Part shown: positions 56,345 to 64,000 of the stretch, piece by piece
Numbering within the stretch: position 1 is the first letter of the stretch
Layout: every line of letters starts with the position of its first letter
Source: an uncultured Acidobacteriota bacterium
Lineage (GTDB): Bacteria; Actinomycetota; Acidimicrobiia; Acidimicrobiales; SHLQ01
NCBI GenBank assembly: GCA_963738445.1
Contig: CAVTWS010000008.1
Location: 51,764 to 115,763 of the forward strand
Direction of reading: 5' to 3'
Length of the DNA: 64,000 bases
Notes under the pieces: model-generated
Databases searched by the model: none
What the model was told of the DNA's origin: nothing
What the model saw: only the letters and a program-made list of their open reading frames with translations
Translations under genes and position numbers: made by a program

Positions 56345-56809
56345 GTGTTCCCGAGCCGGGAGGCCGTGCCCGTCCGGTTGGATACGCCGACGTTCCGCCT
56401 CGAGCCGCTGGCGCCCCACCACAACGAGGCGGACCACCGGGCGTGGTCCACGAGCATCGACCACATCCGGGCCACCCCTGGGTTCTCCCCCGAGTTGTGG
56501 GGCGACGACGCCTGGCCGTACGAGATGACAGCCGCCGAGAACCTCGACGATCTCACCGACCACGCCCGCGAGTTCGAGGCGGGCGAGGCGTATGCCTTCA
56601 CGGTCCTCGACGCGACCCGACCGGATGAGGTGATCGGCTGCGTGTACATCAACCCGGATGCCAAGGGTGACGCCGACTCGACGATCCGGTTCTGGGTGCG
56701 GGCCGAGCGGGCTGGACTCGACGGCGAGCTCGAGACGGTCATCCGCTCCTGGCTGGCCGACGACTGGCCGGAAATGACCTACCGAGTCCCCGGCCGCGAC
56801 CCCGTCTGA
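56345..56809 (+). CDS. GNAT-like acetyltransferase-fold protein
   Basis: 154 aa. ...FRLEPLAPHHNEADHRAW...AYAFTVLDATRPDEVIGCVYINP... fits the pattern of small actinobacterial GNAT-family proteins. Confidence 0.5.
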   Translation: MFPSREAVPVRLDTPTFRLEPLAPHHNEADHRAWSTSIDHIRATPGFSPELWGDDAWPYEMTAAENLDDLTDHAREFEAGEAYAFTVLDATRPDEVIGCVYINPDAKGDADSTIRFWVRAERAGLDGELETVIRSWLADDWPEMTYRVPGRDPV

Positions 56810-56828
56810 ACGGGTCGAACCCGCTTCC

Positions 56829-57491
56829 TCACGACAGGACGGCGTGGTTGACCGGATGGCCGGCCACGAACACCTGCACCCGCCCGGCACCCTGGAAGCT
56901 CCAGCGACCATCGACCCGACGGATCGCCGCCGTGCGTTCGTCGATACCGAGCACCGGCAACACCGGTGGGGCCATGCGAATCGAGCGGGTGTTCTGGTCC
57001 TCGGACCAGATGTCGTAGCGCGGGATCACGGTGACGTCGGCGACCAGGCCGAGCCCGACCGTGAAGGCACCGCCACGCTCGTCGACCATGTCGACGCACA
57101 GCGCCGCCGCGGCCGCGCCCGAGGCGGCGAGGGTCGCTCCACCGGCCCACGCCGAACTGATGGCGTCGAGCAGCGGAGTGTCCTTGAGGCACGATCGCAG
57201 ATGGGGGGCCGAGCCGCCGAGCAGGTAGACGATCCGGGCATCGAGGATGGGACCGAGGATGTCCGGATCGAGTGAGTCAGCTCGCCGAAGCGCCGGGACC
57301 ACCGTCAGCGACGCGCCCAGCTCGGCGAACCAGGCCCGGGCCCGCTCGACGTGATGGGCCGGATTCTCGTAGGCCGCGGCCGTGGGGACGAGCACGACGT
57401 CGGTGGCGCCGGAGTCGGCCAGCAGGTCGACATCGAAGCTGCAGCCGTCCCGGAACTCGCCGCCTCCGATGAGGGCCAGCGCGCCGGCCAT
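56829..57491 (-). CDS. Peptidase S51 / cyanophycinase-like (class I glutamine-amidotransferase-like) protein
   Basis: MAGALALIGGGEF...VVLVPTAAAY...YLLGGSAPHL...ASGAAAAAL. The ATG overlaps the upstream stop (ATGA). Confidence 0.6.
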   Translation of the reverse strand: MAGALALIGGGEFRDGCSFDVDLLADSGATDVVLVPTAAAYENPAHHVERARAWFAELGASLTVVPALRRADSLDPDILGPILDARIVYLLGGSAPHLRSCLKDTPLLDAISSAWAGGATLAASGAAAAALCVDMVDERGGAFTVGLGLVADVTVIPRYDIWSEDQNTRSIRMAPPVLPVLGIDERTAAIRRVDGRWSFQGAGRVQVFVAGHPVNHAVLS

Positions 57492-58099
57492 CAGGTTCCC
57501 GTCCCGGTCGCTGCGGCATCGGCGATGAGCGGCTGGTCGGGGCGAGGCATGCGCCGCACCCGGGCGATCGCGAACACCCAGCGCCGGGGCGGCCCGACGT
57601 CGCCCGCCAGGGTCAGGTGGTCTGCGGTGGTCACGGCGAAGCCGCTCTCCCACAGCGCCCACAACACGTCTCGGGGCTTGGGAGAGGCGGACAGGCCCGG
57701 GTGCCGCCGACGGAGGGGACGGAGGCGTCGCAGACGGGCGAGTGAGCCCTCCGTCGCCGGCTCGGCCACCGGCTCAAACAGGATCAGGCGGCCGTTCTCG
57801 CCGACCCGACCCCGTAGCCGGGCGAGGGTCGACGGCAGGTCGGGCACCACGGTCAGCGCTCCGACGGACACCACGTGATCCACCTCACCGGCATCGTCCG
57901 GGTCCACGAGCACCGCCGCCGATCCGAAGCTCAGTCCGTGGCCGACGCCGAGATCGAGAACCCGCCCGGTCGCCTCGGCCGCGATTCGAGCCGAACGGGC
58001 CGCGATCAGCTCCTGCACCGGCGGAGGCCAGCTCACCGACGAGGACCCCGTCCTCCGCCGATCCTCCGCCTCCGTTGCCCCGATCACGTCGCCAACCAC
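57491..58099 (-). CDS. Class I SAM-dependent methyltransferase
   Basis: GRVLDLGVGHGL is motif I. ...ENGRLILFEP... is present. 202 aa. Confidence 0.65.
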   Translation of the reverse strand: MVGDVIGATEAEDRRRTGSSSVSWPPPVQELIAARSARIAAEATGRVLDLGVGHGLSFGSAAVLVDPDDAGEVDHVVSVGALTVVPDLPSTLARLRGRVGENGRLILFEPVAEPATEGSLARLRRLRPLRRRHPGLSASPKPRDVLWALWESGFAVTTADHLTLAGDVGPPRRWVFAIARVRRMPRPDQPLIADAAATGTGT

Positions 58100-58157
58100 G
58101 CCCCGACCCTACGCCGCCGACCCCGACCTGCGCGGGCTCGGCGACGAACCATGTCGG

Positions 58158-58907
58158 GTGACGCGCGTCGTTCGGCCGGGGATGAGCGACCACTACCCTG
58201 CGACCGTGCCCACCGTGCCGAGCCCGTCGCCATGGTTGATGCCGTTCCCGACTCCGGACGACGACGAGCTCGTCGGCGCCGGCGCCGATCTGGAGCCGGG
58301 CACCCTGCTGACGGCGTATGCACGCGGGTTGTTCCCCATGCCGCTGAACCACGGCGGCCCGATCGGCTGGTGGAGCCCGGAGCCGCGGGCGGTCATTCCG
58401 CCCGAGCACGTCAATGTGAGCCGTTCGCTGCGCCGCTCGGTTCACCGGTACGAGATCCGCCTCGACACCGAGTTCGAGGCCGTCGTGGCCGCCTGCGCCG
58501 ACCCGAGCCGGCCGCACGGCTGGATCGATGACCGCATCACGGCCGCGTACGGCGCGTTGCACCGGCTCGGCTGGGCCCACAGCGTCGAGACGTGGGCCGA
58601 TGGCGAGCTGGTCGGGGGGCTGTACGGGGTAAGCATCGGCGGGTTCTTCGCCGGGGAGTCGATGTTCCACTGGGCGACCGATGCCAGCAAAGTCGCCCTG
58701 GTCGCCCTCGCCGGGCTGTTACGACCCATTTCGGGGTCGCTCCTCGACGTCCAGTGGCTCACTCCCCACCTGGCCTCCCTCGGCGCCGTCGAGTTGCCCA
58801 GAGCGGACTACCTGCATCGGCTGCGGGCCGCCGTACGCTCTGAGCCGCCTGATCCCTTCGGGAGTCGTTTGGATCATCTCGCCCTCTCGGAGCAGATTTC
58901 CGCATGA
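58158..58907 (+). CDS. aat: Leucyl/phenylalanyl-tRNA-protein transferase
   Basis: LLTAYARGLFPM...GWWSPEPRAVI...SLRRS...GLYGVSIGGFFAGESMFH. The start could be GTG 58158 or ATG 58184. Confidence 0.85.
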   Translation: MTRVVRPGMSDHYPATVPTVPSPSPWLMPFPTPDDDELVGAGADLEPGTLLTAYARGLFPMPLNHGGPIGWWSPEPRAVIPPEHVNVSRSLRRSVHRYEIRLDTEFEAVVAACADPSRPHGWIDDRITAAYGALHRLGWAHSVETWADGELVGGLYGVSIGGFFAGESMFHWATDASKVALVALAGLLRPISGSLLDVQWLTPHLASLGAVELPRADYLHRLRAAVRSEPPDPFGSRLDHLALSEQISA

Positions 58908-58997
58908 ACCCGGTCAACTCCAGCGGGTCGCGCGCCGACACAGAACGTACGGCCCCAGGGCCCTGACCATCCTCCGACACCTAGGATCACCCACCCG

Positions 58998-59834
58998 ATG
59001 ACGCCAGAACGAGACCCGAGAGCCCTGAGCGCGCTGGCTTTGGGCATCGGCGCGTCCGCCCTCGGCATCGCTTCAGTCGTCACCGATCTGGGCTGGGTCG
59101 GTGGCCTGGCCGGTGCAGCCGGCGTCGGTGCGGGGATCTTCGGATACCGGAGCGGACGCCACCTGGCCAGCGCCGAGAAGCGCCTCGAGTCCCAGATCGT
59201 GCAACTGACCGGCCTCGAAACCGCGGTCGCGGATCAGGTCCACGCCCGCCTCACGGCCGAGGATGCGGCCCAGAGCCTCGGAGCTCAGCTCAGCTTTGCC
59301 GAACGAGTCCGGCGGGAACCCGATGACCCGGTCGCCGACATCGAGTTCGTCGCCCCCGAGCCCCCGCCGGACGACGCCATCCGAGATGCCGCCACCGGCC
59401 TGTACGGCGAGGCCTACTTCCACGTGGCCATCGACAACCGCATCGCGTCCGCCCGCCGTCACCTCCGTCCGGTCGGCGTCGTGCTGCTGGAACTGGTGGA
59501 GAACGTCACCGGCGAAACGAGCCCGGCCAACCCCATGGCCGTCGCGGACGCCATCGCCACCACGTTGCGAGAGGCCGACACCGCCTGCCGCCTCGACGAC
59601 GGCCGATTCGCCCTGGTCCTCGAGGACACGCCCGAGACGGGAGCCATCTGGACGGTCGAGCGGATCCGTCGCCGTATCGCCGACACCTATCCTGGGGTGA
59701 CCATGTGGGCCGGCGTGGCGTGTTACCCCGCCCACGCGTTCGATCGCGATGCGCTCATGGCGCAGGCGACCCGAGCCCTCGGCATCGCCAAGGACTGGCG
59801 TCAGGACCGCATCGAGGTCGCCTCCGGTGAGTGA
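58998..59834 (+). CDS. Membrane protein with a degenerate GGDEF domain
   Basis: Two N-terminal TM helices and a coiled-coil-like linker are followed by DAATGLYGEAYF...VVLLELV...ACRLDDGRFALVL. The active-site motif is DDGRF rather than GG(D/E)EF. Confidence 0.65.
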   Translation: MTPERDPRALSALALGIGASALGIASVVTDLGWVGGLAGAAGVGAGIFGYRSGRHLASAEKRLESQIVQLTGLETAVADQVHARLTAEDAAQSLGAQLSFAERVRREPDDPVADIEFVAPEPPPDDAIRDAATGLYGEAYFHVAIDNRIASARRHLRPVGVVLLELVENVTGETSPANPMAVADAIATTLREADTACRLDDGRFALVLEDTPETGAIWTVERIRRRIADTYPGVTMWAGVACYPAHAFDRDALMAQATRALGIAKDWRQDRIEVASGE

Positions 59835-60041
59835 TTAGGGCCGGGCGCGTCGGCGAACCATCGGTGTCGCCCACCAGCGGCCCGAGAACCGCCACACCGG
59901 GGCCGGATCGGGCCGACGAGCGGCGACGGCCGGCCGCGGCCAGGCCATCTCGATGGCGGCGGTGATCGCCGCCACCTCCTCGGCGCTCGGCGCGCCCCGC
60001 ACGGCCGTGATGGCGATCGGAGGCGGAGTCGGGTTGTCCAT
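59835..60041 (-). CDS. Acyl-CoA carboxylase epsilon subunit
   Basis: 68 aa. ...SAEEVAAITAAI...WRFSGRWW... is typical of AccE/PccE. It lies immediately downstream of the carboxyltransferase gene. Confidence 0.7.
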   Translation of the reverse strand: MDNPTPPPIAITAVRGAPSAEEVAAITAAIEMAWPRPAVAARRPDPAPVWRFSGRWWATPMVRRRARP

Positions 60042-60055
60042 GGTGGTCGCCTCGA

Positions 60056-61612
<1,557 letters not shown>

Positions 61613-61694
61613 GGGGCGAGAGGGTAGACGGGCCGGACCCCGGAGGCCGAAACGTGCAGCCCGCACACTCGTCACCCCGGTAGGGTGCGCACCC

Positions 61695-62318
61695 ATGTCA
61701 TCGACCTCGAACGACGGCCCGGCACCGGACGTGCTGCGTCGTCTCTGCGTGTTCTGCGGTTCCTCATCGGGCACCGAGCCCGCGCATCGGGCTCTGGCGA
61801 CGGCGCTCGGTCGCACCCTGGCCGCGGCGGACGTCACGCTGGTCTACGGCGGCGGCGCCGTGGGCCTGATGGGCATCACGGCTGACTCGGTGCTGGCCGT
61901 CGGCGGCGAGGTGATCGGCGTCATCCCCACCGGTTTGTTCAGGACCGAGGTCGCCCACGAAGGCATCACCGAGCTCCACCGCGTGCCGGACATGCATGCG
62001 CGCAAGGCCCTCATGTACGACCTGGCCGACGCCTTCGTGGTGCTGCCGGGCGGTCTGGGCACCTTCGAGGAGCTGTTCGAGGCCGCCACCTGGAACCAGC
62101 TCGGCCTCCACGGCCGGGTGAAGCCGATCGTGCTCCTCGACGACACCGGGTTCTTCGCTCCGTTGGTGGCGATGCTCGACACCGCCACCGAGCAGGGTTT
62201 CGTCAAACCGCAGTGGCGAGGCACCATCGCATCCGCGACAACGCCCGCCGAGGCGCTGTCGGTCCTTCGCACCCTCCTCGCCGCCACCCCACCAGATCGC
62301 ATCCCCAACGTCGGCTGA
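61695..62318 (+). CDS. LOG-family (TIGR00730) nucleotide 5'-monophosphate nucleosidase
   Basis: VFCGSS...LVYGGGAVGLMG...PGGLGTFEELFE are present. 208 aa. Confidence 0.85.
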   Translation: MSSTSNDGPAPDVLRRLCVFCGSSSGTEPAHRALATALGRTLAAADVTLVYGGGAVGLMGITADSVLAVGGEVIGVIPTGLFRTEVAHEGITELHRVPDMHARKALMYDLADAFVVLPGGLGTFEELFEAATWNQLGLHGRVKPIVLLDDTGFFAPLVAMLDTATEQGFVKPQWRGTIASATTPAEALSVLRTLLAATPPDRIPNVG

Positions 62319-62457
62319 GTGCCCTTCGACCGCGACTCTCACCGCTCGTCCCGTAGGAACGGTGACTCGAAACACTGTTCCTCATTCGCCTTGCTCAGAA
62401 AGGCCGGCCCCCCGCTCACGCGCCAACCCAGCGGGGCCCACCTCCCACCCCAGCCCC

Positions 62458-62590
62458 ACCTCCAACTGCGCGCAGACCGACACCCCACGTCGCCCCACGC
62501 GACAGTTCGACGAGGGCCCGCCCACCGCCGAACTCACACGCAGACCGACACCCCGTGTCGCCCCACGCGCAGTTCGACCAGCGGTCGACC
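62458..62590. repeat. Tandem repeat of an approximately 68-bp unit (2 copies, imperfect), hairpin-forming, in a convergent intergenic region
   Basis: The core CGCAGACCGACACCCCACGTCGCCCCACGCGACAGTTCGAC (62471-62511) recurs as CGCAGACCGACACCCCGTGTCGCCCCACGCGCAGTTCGAC (62539-62578). In copy 1, AACTGCGCG pairs with CGCG(A)CAGTT. Confidence 0.85.
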
Positions 62591-62627
62591 CAGGGCGACG
62601 TCGCCTGGCGAGCTGCTCCAGGTTCGG

Positions 62628-63758
62628 TCAGCGCATGGTGCGGACGGCGGCGCGGACCTCGTCGACGAAGATCTCGGGCTGTTCGAACGCGGCGAAGTGT
62701 CCGCCCTGGGTCGGCTCGTTCCAGTACACGATGTTCGAATAGGTGGCCTCGGCCCAGCGGCGCGACGGCCGGAAGATCTCGTGGGGGAACACCGAGCACG
62801 CGGTGGGCACCTCGACCTCGCCCTGGCCGATGCGGCGGAAGCTCTCCCAGTAGAGGCGCGCCGCGGATGCGCCGGTGGCGGTCAGCCAGTAGAGCATCAC
62901 GTTGTCGAGCAGGTCGTCCTTGGTCAGCGCGTTCTCGGGGTGTCCGTCGCAGTCGGTCCAGGCGTGGAACTTCTCCAGGATCCAGCCCGCCAACCCGACG
63001 GGGCTGTCGACCAGCGAGTACCCGACCGTCTGCGGGCGGGTACTCTGCTCCTTCGAATACCCGGTGCCCCACTCGCCGTGCTCGGCGGCGGCCGCGAGCG
63101 AGCGCTGCTCGGTTTCGGTGAGGTCGCCCAGCTCGAGGTTGGGGCGGCCGAGCGGCATGTTCACGTGGATGCCGAGGAGACGGTCCGGGTGCTGGACGCC
63201 GAGCCGGGTGGTGACCACGGCCCCCCAGTCGCCACCCTGGGCGACGAAGCGGTCGTAGCCGAGGGCGGTCATGAGCTCGGCCCACAGGTCGGCGATGCGT
63301 TCGACACCGGTTCCGGGCGCGGTCGGTTTGTCGGAGAAGCCGTACCCGGGCAGCGACGGCACGATCACGTGGAAGGCATCGGACGGATCGCCGCCGTGCG
63401 CGACGGGATCGGCCAGCGGCCCGATGACCTTGGCGAACTCGATCACCGAACCCGGCCATCCGTGGGTGAGCACCAGGGGCACGGCCTCGGGGTGAGGCGA
63501 CCGGACGTGGAGCGTGTGGATTCCCAGGCCGCCGACCTCGACCCGGCACGAGCCCCACGAGTTGAGCGCCGCCTCGCACCGCCGCCAGTCGTAGCTGTCG
63601 GCCCAGTAAGCGCACATCTCGCGCATCCACGTGAGCGGGGTGCCCTGGCTCCAGTCGTCGACCACCTCCCGCTCGGGCCATCGGGCGAGACGGAGACGGG
63701 TGCGGAGATCGTCGAGGTCCGACTCGGGTACAGCGATCGGGAACGGGGTCACGGTCAT
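62628..63758 (-). CDS. Epoxide hydrolase (alpha/beta hydrolase with an EHN N-terminal domain)
   Basis: FPIAVPESDLDDLRTRLRLARWP...LTHGWPGS...GGDWG... The start is taken at MTVTPF (CAT 63756-63758), although a GTG at 63776 is also in frame. Confidence 0.85.
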   Translation of the reverse strand: MTVTPFPIAVPESDLDDLRTRLRLARWPEREVVDDWSQGTPLTWMREMCAYWADSYDWRRCEAALNSWGSCRVEVGGLGIHTLHVRSPHPEAVPLVLTHGWPGSVIEFAKVIGPLADPVAHGGDPSDAFHVIVPSLPGYGFSDKPTAPGTGVERIADLWAELMTALGYDRFVAQGGDWGAVVTTRLGVQHPDRLLGIHVNMPLGRPNLELGDLTETEQRSLAAAAEHGEWGTGYSKEQSTRPQTVGYSLVDSPVGLAGWILEKFHAWTDCDGHPENALTKDDLLDNVMLYWLTATGASAARLYWESFRRIGQGEVEVPTACSVFPHEIFRPSRRWAEATYSNIVYWNEPTQGGHFAAFEQPEIFVDEVRAAVRTMR

Positions 63759-63779
63759 GGTTGCGTAGCCTGGCACCCG

Positions 63780-64000
63780 ATGCAGCTCCCTGTCATGCCT
63801 CCGGTCAAGCCCATGCTCGCCAAGGCCCTCGACCTCCCACCGGGCGGCCTGACGGTCGACACCATGCCCCGCGGCGATCTGGCCTTCGAGCCCAAGTGGG
63901 ACGGTTTCCGCTGCGTCGTGTTCCGCGACGGCGACGAGGTGTTCCTCGGCAGCCGCAACGACCGGCCCCTCAACCGGTACTTCCCCGAGATGCCCGCCCA
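63780..64000 (+). CDS. ATP-dependent DNA ligase (LigD-ligase/LigC-like), N-terminal fragment; the 3' end lies outside the window
   Basis: MQLPVMPPVKPMLAKAL...LAFEPKWDGFRCVVFRDGDEVFLGSRN contains the adenylation motif I, KxDGxR. Confidence 0.8.
   Translation, partial: MQLPVMPPVKPMLAKALDLPPGGLTVDTMPRGDLAFEPKWDGFRCVVFRDGDEVFLGSRNDRPLNRYFPEMPA

Overview
High-GC (roughly 70%) actinobacterial-type chromosomal segment, densely coding on both strands. Many gene junctions overlap as GTGA or ATGA. I found no rRNA, tRNA, CRISPR array, transposase or integrase. Most genes are housekeeping or accessory metabolism: Tad-pilus tail genes, NHEJ genes (Ku and the LigD polymerase domain at the left end, an ATP-dependent ligase at the right edge), an ECF sigma/anti-sigma/ABC cluster, aldehyde dehydrogenase, D-aminoacylase paralogues, several SDRs, a PAS-GGDEF-EAL protein, pirin, a tyrosine phosphatase, Rrf2 with cysD and cysNC, a YcaQ glycosylase, acyl-CoA synthetase, an OmpR-type two-component system, prfC, cyclophilin, aat, acyl-CoA carboxylase beta and epsilon subunits, LOG and an epoxide hydrolase. 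Four things stand out. (1) In a roughly 6.5 kb block (about 27.4-33.84 kb), five consecutive genes are broken by very many frameshifts but still translate into well-conserved peptide segments. This is either a low-quality assembly patch or very recent localised gene decay. (2) A PIN-domain ORF has no protein antitoxin and sits directly behind three perfect 32-nt hairpin-forming tandem repeats. (3) A tightly coupled pair of TerB-N and TerB-like genes has no enzymatic partner. (4) Hairpin-forming tandem repeats recur in intergenic regions and at gene 3' ends, and share an AACT.../...AGTT boundary motif. All functional calls come from reading the translated ORFs and from motif memory; no searches were run.
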